From: Seison nebaliae | Taxonomy: Eukaryota | Length of the DNA: 20,000 nucleotides | Reading direction: 5' to 3' | NCBI GenBank assembly: GCA_023231475.1 | Contig: JALJEE010000736.1 | Span: 60,996-80,995, forward strand | Part shown: positions 1 to 10,500 of the stretch, piece after piece | Numbering within the stretch: the stretch's first letter is position 1 | How the letters are laid out: each line of letters begins with the position of its first letter | Program-made: the position numbers and the translations under genes | Notes under the pieces: model-generated | Told to the model about the DNA's origin: nothing | The model's input: only the letters and a program-made list of their open reading frames with translations | The model's database searches: none

Positions 1-2204
1 TAATCATATTTTCTCCCTTCTGAAGAACTCATTGAATTGAGAATGAAACGAATGACGATAATAAAGGAACTAAAAAAGAAGTAAATTGGGGAAGAAAAGA
101 AGAAGAAGAAGGTGAATGAACTAAGGAGCATTTAATGAAGACGAATCAGATGAGAAAGGGAATGGCTCCAAGGTTTTCACAAATTCTTCCTCATCGACCA
201 AAAATATAAAACGTATAAACCGAAAAAAAACCAAATTCGACATGGTTTCCCGTAGTACTACACAATTATTCTACTTATCAACAACTGCAGTTGTTTGTGG
301 AATGTCTAGTAGGGAATATTTGAGGATAATTCATTCGAATCACTCAACAAATTTTCTTTAAAAAATTTTCCGGAAGTACAACAATAATAATCCCGAAAAC
401 CGAAAATGAAACTGATTTTAATAAATAAGAAAGGAAAAAGTTCATTATTTTATCAAAGAATTTTCAAGAAATAAAACTTTTTTTGGTAAAAGTGAAAATT
501 TCTTAAATTTTCGAATTCAATATCACAAGAGTATAATATAATTCGATAATTATGAAATGAATATGTTTTTATAAAATTTTTTTTGTTTAATAGATTGTTC
601 AAATTTATTGTTTGATCACTATATGTAGTTGACGAATGATAATAAAAGAGATGGTATGAATAAAATTAGAGAATGACTGATTTTTTATTATAAGGTTGTG
701 TGGGAGAACACAATAGGACAATGGTAACGGTACACATTAAATTAACACATAATACTACAATAAAATAGATGAATCTAAAAATTCTAAAAAAACTAAAGAA
801 TCAAACAAGTTTGTGAAATTTAATTGTTTATTTAATTTAAAATTTTTAGAGTTTCCTTCTTTTTTCTGCATCACAATATTCTTCCAATTAATAGAATAAA
901 CAATTGTATAACGGTCTCTCCATCACTATTTTAATTTCTTTGGATTGTTTTTTATTAAAGAATAGACCGAATGAAGAATTTAATAGTAATAAATAGTAAT
1001 TTTATTTCCAATTTCGAATATACAATTTCTTTGGGATAAACTATCTTTGTTCCAAATTTAAAAAAATTCTGACAACGAAAATCAAATATAAACTTCAAAA
1101 AAAAACTTTTTTTGGCAATATTAAGCAAAATTTAGCATACATTGTTATTTAGTTTCGACTATTTCAAATCACATGATATTACAGTTTGGTTTTTTATACA
1201 AAGTAGATATTTCTCAAGTTAATAAAATTTTAAAATTTTAATTTTCTTTAAATTAATGCACTTAAAGTGCCCAAAACTTTTAGAGCTCCATAACTTTCTT
1301 ATCCGAATTCTGAGGAGAAAAGTAAGAGTACCATGATGATCGGCGTCAAATTCTTCATCTAATAGATTTTAAAAAACCTATGTAATAAGGTAGTTCATTT
1401 TTGTGTCGCACTATGTAATGAAAAAATTGTTGAAATGGAAAAAAATGAAAAGAACTGTAAAATATTTCATTAATTTTCTTCAACTATAACTGAAGAACTC
1501 GAAACTCGAAATTTTCATTAGAACATCTATAATTTGAGGGCCATTGACATTACCCGAAATATTACCCGCCCAGCCATTAATGCAAAATAAAAGGTTTTAG
1601 AATATAAATCAAAAAAACCATAATTGGAAATGAGCCGAAATTTGAACCCTAATGAAGTTTAGCTCGTAATTGTTCGTCGCATTTGGGATTTGTGAATATT
1701 CACCATAATAACAATCGAATAACAGAAAAGATATTTCCAGTTTTGGAAAATGTAAGTGGAGGATGGAAATTGAATAAATTTTTTGTAGAAAAAATTTCAA
1801 AAAATTGGGAAATTTTAATTTAAAAAATTTTGAAAAGATTAACGACAAATAGACTTCAGTGAATTATTGAATAGAATCGATGATATGACGATGAGGAATG
1901 CTAAAAGAAGAAGGCGAAAAGATGATATTAGAAAATAAATAAAGAAATCTTCTTAATTACACGAAGTAATTTTCATGATAATTTGGTGATAAATGTCTAT
2001 GACACGGACCTATGTGATTTTCATTGAATAAAATATAAATTTTAAATAATTCAAGGAAATTTGGAAAAATTTTCGTAAATTGTTCGTTAAAGGAAATATT
2101 GTATGAATAAAAATGAAGAATAAAAGTTTCTAAAAGTTTTTTCTTCAAAAAAAATTGCCATAGAAATTTCTCTTAAAATTTCAATTTTTTTAAAATTTTT
2201 TCTT

Positions 2205-5200
2205 TTAGTTTCCGTAAAATTTCTTACAGAAAGATTGGGAATCACATAGTTTGGCTGATTGTTCTGATTTACACCAGAATTTTGGACCATGACCGCAACT
2301 CTTCACACTCAATGGCATCGATTTAATGGCATCGATGTAATGTTGATTAGTTGACGACGCTCCACAAAGATTGATCGTTTCACAAATTTTTTCTGGATCA
2401 TCCATTTGAGTGACGAGTTGAAGAACGTATGGAGCATATTCGTCTATATATGACACACAAGTACTTTGGTCAGCTTTCGGTAACAAGTCACACAAGTTAG
2501 TTAAAGCTTCAATAATTTCATGTTCTGTTTTGTTCTCCATTAATTCTTTGTTAATTAAATCGACTGCCAATTTGCAGAAACCGCAGAACGGTCCACTTAT
2601 CGACGTTTTCTCCAGAACGATCTTTTCTCGTTGGTGCACTGATGTTTTCTTTGAGCACAAATCTAAAAATGTACAAATCTTTTTCGGGTCAATTTCCATA
2701 CTGATCAATGTGGCGATTGATTCTTCATATTCGTCGACAAATGCTTTACATTCATTCGAAATTGTCGAGGGCATTTGTGAGCAGACGAAATCCAAAACTT
2801 TCTTTATTTCAATCTGAATTTGAACAATTGAAATTTTAGTCAAATTAAACTATCAAATAAACTTCGGAAGAATTGGCTGAAATATATTGAGCTGCTTCTT
2901 TCATTACGAATTCGCAGATTGCACAACCTTCACCATTCACTTGATCGGTAGTTTTGAAAGAATTGATGATTGGTTTCAATTTTATTTCTTTCTTTATCTC
3001 TTCTTTCGGTTCACACATTTTCAATATCTCACAAATTTCTGTAGCGTTCTATAGAATTTTTAATAAAAAAAATTTGTGTTAAAACAAAAATATCGAACCA
3101 TTTTATTTTCGATCAATTTCGATATTTCTGGCGCATATTTTCGAATACTATCATTGCACTGATTTGGAAGAAATGATTATGATGAGATTGAGAAGAGAAA
3201 TTAACAGCTTTCTCTGCCTTACCCAAATGAATACAAAGATTCTCTTGAACAAATTTAATTTCGTCCTCCTAAAATAAAGAAGAAAATGATGTAAAATTAT
3301 AAGAAATTATTATATAAATCAATATATAGTTCTAATGAAAATGAATGGACAGCAGCTAAATGAGAGAGAGAAGAGATAGAAAAAACTCAATTTGATAGCG
3401 AGTCGATTTGTTTTCAATCATCTTTTCATTTACCATCGTCTTATTTGATTCCATCGCAATCTTTACTTGATTCACCATCATCTTACACATGAAACAATCG
3501 GAAGAAGATTTAACGGTTTTCTTTATCGGTATTATTGTCTTAATATAGGATGAGCACATTCGTAAATCTTGACACACTTTCTGTGGTGTCTATAATAGAA
3601 ATTAGTGAAATTTTATAAAAAATTCAAATTCCAACAGTTCCATTCACTAAGAATGTGATGATTTTTTCTCCATATGTATCCACCGTAATATTGCACTAAA
3701 AAAGGAGAAAAAAATAAATTTTGAAATGAAGTTAAATGAGAGAAACTTCTTTTCCTTCTTTTATTGGTAATCGATTACATAAATCTAATTTTATCGCATT
3801 CAAAATCTCTTGCTAGAGAAGAGAAATAGAAATTTGAAAAAAAATCACATAAAAGAAGAGAATGAACATCTGTCAAATTCTTCGCTAATAAATCTTGCAT
3901 TTCCGTCACCGCCAAAACGCAGAATGGACAAAGAATTCCATTTGTCTTCTTCTCTGGTAATTGATGTACATTTATCGCTTCAATTGACATCGATCCTGTT
4001 TTACAAATCTTCAATTTCTGACAAATCTGCAACGGATCCTGAAACGAGAAATTTATAACTTAATTTCAACAAATTCAAATTAACCAATCCACTTTCAATA
4101 TATTTAATAATTGTCTTTCCATAAAATTCGATTTCGTTCTTACACTAAAACAAAAATCTCATTGATAATTCCATTAGAATAATCATGAAACTTGTTGGAC
4201 GTCTTTCGTGAACGGACAAACTTCTTTCTCGATATAATGTAACACAGCTTCCTATAATCAGATATGTGGAAAAGGGAAATCGAATAAAAATAATAAACTG
4301 ATGAATTGGTCGAATTGAGGATTGAACTGATTTGGGAGATGACGAATTGACAGAAATCACATTCTAAATTTCCGTATGATGACTGTAAAGGAATTGGATG
4401 AAGGAATTATAAAAGAAAAGAAGATGGATAGAAATTCAGCTGCTGATCCATTTTGGCGGAGGAAAATTTTTGAAAAAAAATATTTATAGAAAAAACTTCT
4501 TTCTAGGGAAAGAAAATGGAGAAAAAAGATATTTTCCGATAAAATACTGACGACAATTGTGGCTCTTTGGAGAGTTTGGAACACTTTCGGACAAAGTGAT
4601 GCAGCTAAATTTTCTTCTTTCATGTTCAGCAAATCGAACAATTTCTCCTGAAATTAATTTAAAAATCGATTAATTTTCAGCGCAGAAGAAATTGAGCAAA
4701 AATTTTAAAAATTAAATTTTTCCGTCATCGTTGAAAAATGATTTGATTGACAAGAAAAAATAACTTTGACAATTGGCTGTTTGGAGACGGAAGATGATGA
4801 TGATGCTACTTTTGGACACATCGACATAAATGAACATAATTTCTTTGTATCACTCTGGAAAATGTGGAAGAAGAGAATGAGAATGAGAATTTTGAAGATC
4901 TCCTAACGAAATCTTTCTTCAATTCCAGAAAAATCTCAGAAATATGTCGATGAATTGATGATTTACACTGGAATGAAAAATGAAATTGAAAAAAAAAAAA
5001 AGAATAAAATGAACTTCGTCTGTTTTCGGACAATAATTACATAATTGTTGTAAATTATCTTCTAATTCCTTCTCAGTTTTCACGTCGTTAATGAAACTTT
5101 TCACTTTGTTCATTGACCATTGACAGAATTGACAAACGTCTTCCTACGAGAAAAATGTGGAGAATGGAATTGGGAAGAATCGAACTGATTTTTGAGATTT

Positions 5201-5803
5201 AATTGGATTCAACATTTTTGGTAGAACTGGAACTTTTTTCAATTGAACGATATGTTTCGTCAATTTCTCATCATTCTTCGGACACACATGAATCAATCGA
5301 CAGATTACACTTGGAGCAATATTAGCGAGAATAATTTCAATCACTTCATCCACATTCTTTCCCACTATTGACGAACATTCGTCTTTCATCAAAGCGATCG
5401 GTATAACAGAACATAATTCGAGAAGAATCTCTTTAATTTCTTTCTGGAAAAAATGGAGAATTTTCAAATTGACTGAGAAAAATCAAACAAAACTTCTGAT
5501 TGAGGTTTCTCTAATGCTTTTCGAATTTTCTCCACAATATCTTCACATGACGAACAAATAGATGACTGAAATATGAAAATGAAAAAAAAATAAAAAAAAA
5601 TTTTCTAAAACTTTTTTCCCATTTGAAAAAAGTTGATTCTTCGACCAGATGGTTTGGATACAGTGACGCATCGCACCACATTCTTTTGCCGCATCGATGG
5701 AGGAACACCAAGCGGTTGGTCCCACCGTGCAATCGACGTCAGTCGCGTGAGAGACGTGGAGGAGTGGAAGATAAAGAAGAAATGAAAGTAAAATATATCT
5801 CAT
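2205..5803 (-). CDS. PSAP: Prosaposin (saposin precursor), ~823 aa, 18 exons: signal peptide, SapA, seven SapB domains, C-terminal SapA
   Basis: Hand-built in-frame GT-AG model, exons (minus): 5803-5612, 5565-5494, 5443-5186, 5143-5015, 4967-4908, 4854-4765, 4647-4552, 4382-4299, 4251-4192, 4144-4085, 4038-3868, 3812-3747, 3695-3636, 3589-3434, 3268-3206, 3158-3099, 3048-2863, 2813-2205. Signal peptide MRYILLSFLLYLPLLHVSHA. SapA motifs CTVGPTAWCSSIDAAKEC and CGHGPKFWCKSEQSAKLC. Seven six-Cys SapB units start CSSC, CQFC, CDFC, CPFC, CFMC, CAIC, CGFC and each ends C-x5-C. Exon 4647-4552 (linker) is the least certain. Confidence 0.93.
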
Positions 5804-6065
5804 GATTGGGAAACAGAAATGTGAATCTAATTGGAAATCGAAAGAAAAAATATTTAGAATGGAATGGAATTTGAATATGGAAATTTTATGAACTTCCCAA
5901 AAAAAAAAAAAAAAAAAAGAGAGGTGTCCATCTGAAAGAAAGAAATTATTGCGAGAAATTTAATAAAAAGAAATTTTTTTTTACTATAAATAATTTGATG
6001 GTAAAACTGATAAATATGAATCTGGTCTGATAAAAGTTTGGGAGGAGAGAATCCAACAACAATTT

Positions 6066-6075
6066 GTCACGTGAA
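6066..6075. promoter_or_regulatory. CLEAR-like (TFEB/MITF) E-box
   Basis: GTCACGTGAA matches 9/10 of the CLEAR consensus GTCACGTGAC. It lies ~263 bp upstream of the prosaposin ATG, and PSAP is a known CLEAR-network gene in mammals. Confidence 0.55.
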
Positions 6076-6352
6076 AACGACTTGGTTGTCTCTACACTTT
6101 TCTATTCACAATTTAATTCACATTTCAACAATTAAATAATTCAAAGTTTTTTCTGTTGTGAATAAATTGTAAAGTATTGAAAATGAAAGAGATGATGATG
6201 ATAATGATATGAAGTTGAATTGAAGATTTTGTTTAATAAACATTCATTTATTTTCATTAGATAAACAAATGTGCTGCTTCCCCCCCTCTCTCTCTAATCA
6301 TCATTAATAATTAATAAATTTACTCATTCATTTTCATGAACCACTTTTAATT

Positions 6353-8425
6353 TTAATTTTTATCTTCATCGTTGTCATGGTAATGAGGATGAGTTAATGA
6401 AGATGGAGATATAATCTCCACTAATTTCTTATCGATTATTTCATAATGAGTATCATGAAATTGATGAAGATTATTTCGATGACCAATTGTCAAAATGATA
6501 TCGATATCAGTTTCATTCAATAATCGATAAGCGATTTTTTCTTCGTCTTCTGATAAAGAATTGGTCGCCTCATCCATCACTAACAAATGAGGATTCATCA
6601 ATAGAGGTCGAGCAATTGTCAATAATTGTTGTTGTCCAGGTGAAAGGACTTGAGTCCAATCGACTACTTCAGTTGAATTGACGTCATTTATAATGGAGTG
6701 AATGGTCGTCAATAAACCGAGATGATGAAGAATATTCTCCACTTTTAATTTCAATCGAATTAATTCTTCTTCTATCTCATTGTCGAATATGAATGGAAGT
6801 GGTTTCTCTTTTCTTTCAATAATTCGTTGAAGTAAACTATTTCGATAAAATTCCTCATCGAATTTATCGTGTTTGAGGAATCGTTTGAGATTGACACAAA
6901 CCGAACTATCCGAATTACAGGAATTTAATGAATTACCGTAATGATAATGATTGACACAAAATAATTGTTGATATAATGTGGAGGGATTGAGAAAGGGTCG
7001 TTGAGGTAGAATAATGAAAGATGTCTTGTTAAGTGAAATAGAATTGTTGGAAATATTTTCGAAAGATTGTGACGAATTAATAATGGAATTTCCAATGATT
7101 GGATATTGAAAACCAGCGAGATGTCGAACGAATGTCGTCTTCCCACAACCAATCGGTCCTTTAATTAAACATCGTCCTCTCACAAATTTCATATTGATAT
7201 TTCCAATCAATAATTGATTTTGATAATTAACATCGAATTTGAAGAGAGTTAATGACGTCACATTATTATTCGTATGTTCATTCCAATAATCGATTAATTT
7301 ATCATGTTTTCTAATAAAATTATTCTCATATCTCAATCTATTATTATTATTATTATTATTATTATCATTATTTGTATTATGATGGTATTGAAATAAATCA
7401 ATAATTCGATGAGTACAACCTGCTAATATAGCCGATTGTTCTGACAATGATTCAAGTGAAGAAAATTGATTGATGAGATACATAATATAGAATGAATAAG
7501 AACTAATTAAAACAGGAAGTTTTTCTGATGGAATATCATTCCATTTATCCGTAAGAAATAAAGTTATTCCAATCATAATATAACTGATGATTCCGCCCGT
7601 ATAATCGAACATATTTCTCAAAAAATTCAAAAGAAATTGATTCATTGAATAATAATAAAGACAATTAATCAAAGAACGAAATGAATTATTCGTCTGATTC
7701 TTCACGAGAACAGTGGCACCACTGAGACAAATCGATTCAGATTCCTCTCGAATCAATTGATGATGTCCTCGCCATTCACCTTCCAATTTCTCTTGTTTTT
7801 CCACTAAAATTGCCATGAGATTAATGAAATATTGATTGAGAATTGTGGAGAGAATGAACGTACAATAAATAACAATTGGAGCAATGAATCCATTAGTCTC
7901 ATATGATTTGTGAGTATAATAAATGAGGACACCAGGTAAAACGATAAATTTCTCGATGATTTCTGAGAAAGATTTCGACCATTTATCGATATCTTGTGTG
8001 AATTTCTGATCGATAGTTATTGATTCATTCTTTCTATTCATCAACCATAAATAATAAAATTGACGATTATGGAAATATCTTTCCGATGAATATCTCACAA
8101 GAAACTCTCTCAATTTGATATATAAGAATGTTGATGAGAATATATTCAATGCATTAATTCCACTAACACCAATCACGAGAAATGGTGTTTCTTTTAGAAT
8201 CGAATAGAATTCCGTTTGATTTCTTTGAGTGAGAACTCCATAAAATTTAGATGGTAATAAACCGATTCGATTTATAATTAATTGTTTACCAATGCCCACA
8301 CCCAACAACAACAAGAACAACAACGAAATTATAATATCGTTTCTTATGATTAATTTTAATAAGAAATAACATCGTTGAATGAAGAGGAAAGAGAATCCTT
8401 TTTTTTTTTCCATCACTTTTTTCAT
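6353..8425 (-). CDS. ABCD4: ABC transporter subfamily D member 4-like (lysosomal cobalamin transporter), ~690 aa
   Basis: Long uninterrupted ORF. ABCD4-like TMD motifs GLLPSKFYGVL, DQKFTQDIDKW, QEKLEGEWR, FDYTGGIISY, AGCTHRI. NBD with Walker A GPIGCGKT, Q-loop LPQRP, signature LSPGQQQ, Walker B LLVMDEAT and H-loop IGHR. The start is ambiguous: ATG 8425 or 8413, or a short upstream exon 8492-8465 joined through a 49-nt intron 8464-8416. Confidence 0.9.
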   Translation of the reverse strand: MKKVMEKKKGFSFLFIQRCYFLLKLIIRNDIIISLLFLLLLGVGIGKQLIINRIGLLPSKFYGVLTQRNQTEFYSILKETPFLVIGVSGINALNIFSSTFLYIKLREFLVRYSSERYFHNRQFYYLWLMNRKNESITIDQKFTQDIDKWSKSFSEIIEKFIVLPGVLIYYTHKSYETNGFIAPIVIYCTFILSTILNQYFINLMAILVEKQEKLEGEWRGHHQLIREESESICLSGATVLVKNQTNNSFRSLINCLYYYSMNQFLLNFLRNMFDYTGGIISYIMIGITLFLTDKWNDIPSEKLPVLISSYSFYIMYLINQFSSLESLSEQSAILAGCTHRIIDLFQYHHNTNNDNNNNNNNNRLRYENNFIRKHDKLIDYWNEHTNNNVTSLTLFKFDVNYQNQLLIGNINMKFVRGRCLIKGPIGCGKTTFVRHLAGFQYPIIGNSIINSSQSFENISNNSISLNKTSFIILPQRPFLNPSTLYQQLFCVNHYHYGNSLNSCNSDSSVCVNLKRFLKHDKFDEEFYRNSLLQRIIERKEKPLPFIFDNEIEEELIRLKLKVENILHHLGLLTTIHSIINDVNSTEVVDWTQVLSPGQQQLLTIARPLLMNPHLLVMDEATNSLSEDEEKIAYRLLNETDIDIILTIGHRNNLHQFHDTHYEIIDKKLVEIISPSSLTHPHYHDNDEDKN
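7339..7364. repeat. (ATT)n microsatellite encoding poly-Asn in the ABCD4 TMD-NBD linker
   Basis: tattattattat... run; translates as NNNNNNN on the minus strand. Confidence 0.9.
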
Positions 8426-9487
8426 GAAGGAAATTCTTTTCAAAACTCAAATTTCATCATTTACTTCCAGAATATCTCATGATAAATCCCATCTCCTCTA
8501 CTTAACTGCTTTTAGTTCTGGAATAATAATCATCACAAATGAATGGAGAGCATCTTAGAATTCGGAGCTTATTCTCCCTCAATCCATTTACTCATCCAAA
8601 GAACTTTCATTTGATTCCTTCACATTTCTTTCTCTCATATCAGACGAATGGAAAACATTTGACGTCAAAACCATCAATCCATTGGAGAAAAAGGAAAACA
8701 ATCGAAAAACAATTTATGAAAAGATTTTGTCGAATACTCGAAGCTTTCCAATTAAAATGTATGTCATGTCCAAATACATATTTTTTCCTTTTCCAAACAA
8801 ATACTCAAGTAAATCCTCATTTCAACATATAAACAAACTAACCATCAACATCATCAACAAATCTCATGACTAATACTTTCCACTTCATATTTAGTTTCAG
8901 TGTTCATTTACCATCTAACAAAATTTAGTTTGAGTTTAATTATGAGTTTGGATAAGTTTTAAAAAATTTTGTTGAACGACATTCTCTCCGCTCAAATGTT
9001 GTTTATTCCTATAGTCTTTATCAAAAATAATACTCCCTGAAACTTTTTTCCAAATCCAATATTTCATTGATAATATTAATAAAACGTTATTATCTTCAAG
9101 TATTATTTGTTTATTTTTTTTTTTGAAAATTCCAATCTGGACAATTGAGCATTGTTTGATCTATCTCCTCCCTTACGGTCAGTCATAGGAAATTTCTACT
9201 TATGGTAAGACGTTGTAAAGTTGGGAACATTCATTTTCGATAAAAGTTCAATTTTCTATCCAACATGTTCCGAACTTTAACTAATGTAAGAGAAAACTTT
9301 TATGTCTATGTTGTCTTGAAAAAGTTTGCGTAGAAAATGCTTAAATTTATCGTAAAATATTAAAGGCATCGGCAGTCTCGAAAATGTAGGGAAAAATACG
9401 AAGAACTGTCAAGTACGGAAAAATCAAGGATTATCGAAACATTTCAGAATAAACATAATACATCGTCAAGATTAAAAAAATTAGAAA

Positions 9488-9690
9488 ATCTACTTGCAGT
9501 TAAACTCTTTATTCTAAACTTTAATTTGTATATCGATATAATTAAATTAGAATCTACTGGTGGTAAATTGCTACCCGTTTAATCTTTTGGAGAATTATTT
9601 ATCTCCAATGTTGAACAACATAAAAGAAATTTTTTCTGATGGTGATATTAATTCATTGACATTGTATTCGGTCGCAATTTTATTGTAATT
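9488..9690 (+). pseudogene. Possible decayed retropepsin (Ty3/Gypsy-type protease) fragment
   Basis: Interrupted translation STCS*TLYSKL ... IKLESTGGKLLPV*SFGELFIS ... IDIVFGRNFI resembles the flap and ILGRDFL motifs of retrotransposon aspartic proteases. No D-[ST]-G motif was found, and there are several stops. Confidence 0.35.
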
Positions 9691-10039
9691 TTATAATTGA
9701 CATGGCGAAAACTAGACGAAGAAACCTGATTGAGTTGTTGGAGTGGAAACCAAAGTGGAAATGGAGGAATATGTGTTAGCAGTGGGCTGCGCGGAAACAA
9801 TTGAAGGAGTACACTTTATTTCGGTATAAAGGAATAAAATAGAAGGGATGTGTAGCAAGTGATAATGAAATATTTGATTTATTCAATTTATTATTCTTTT
9901 CTTATTCTGTTATCTCTCACAAGTCAGTTTCCATAAATTCTCTTTTAATCTCTTTTGAAATAAATATCTCAACAGTATATTATAAATTTTTATTTTTTTT
10001 TGAAAAATTTATAATTAAACGATAAAATGTGAGTTTAAT

Positions 10040-10500
10040 TTAAATATAATACAATCATATTTCTTATCGATCTTCCATCTTAAACATCCATCAACACATT
10101 GTTTAGATCATGTTTCGGAAAGCATTCCCCAGAGTCACGAGGAAATGTGTCAGATATCATTTTCAAGACAGTACAAATATCTTTTTCGCAATCTCTCAAA
10201 TATTAGGAAGATAAATATTAATCGTTCGTCCAATTCCAATTCTTCTTTCTCGATTCGTCGATGGATATTCGACCATTCTCTTCACCAACTCTCAATCGTA
10301 TTTGAAACAAATTCTGCAGCGATGTATTCTTTTTTTCATCCAAATCTGTTCCGTTGAAGGTTTGTCTTTCACTTCTTAGGAGTCTAGTGCTACATTTGTA
10401 TTGTTGGGAGACCATTTTCTTCAGTTCACATTATTCTTTCCTTTCGATGGATCGGGTCTATAATTGGCTTTTTTGGATGAGAATCTGCTGTTTCCATAAA
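10040..10500 (-). mobile_element. Degenerate Tc1/mariner-like transposase remnant
   Basis: Frameshifted pieces occur in the expected order: KKPIIDPIHRKERIM*TEE (cf. KKP.L...HR..RL.WA), ENGRISI/HRRIEKE (cf. DGR..V.RR.GE) and (W)GECFPKHDL...DG.IDKKY (cf. WGCFS..G...G.MD...Y). No TIRs were found. Confidence 0.4.

Noticed and set aside
1255..1560. Possible MITE/DNA-transposon remnant
   Set aside because: The composition is suggestive, but no terminal inverted repeats or target-site duplication could be identified.
1609..2290. Short minus-strand ORFs (1609-1848, 1957-2148, 2087-2290)
   Set aside because: F/L/K/I-rich translations of AT-rich intergenic or 3'UTR DNA, or an alternative frame of the prosaposin last exon; no motifs.
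2530..5805. Plus-strand ORFs 2530-2817, 3810-4058, 5623-5805 and several separate saposin ORFs
   Set aside because: They are antisense shadows or intron read-throughs of a single spliced prosaposin gene.
8539..8873. Overlapping plus-strand ORFs upstream of ABCD4 and a TGACGTCA (CRE) at 8660-8667
   Set aside because: No recognisable protein motif. The same octamer occurs inside the ABCD4 CDS (~7253), so a single hit is weak evidence.
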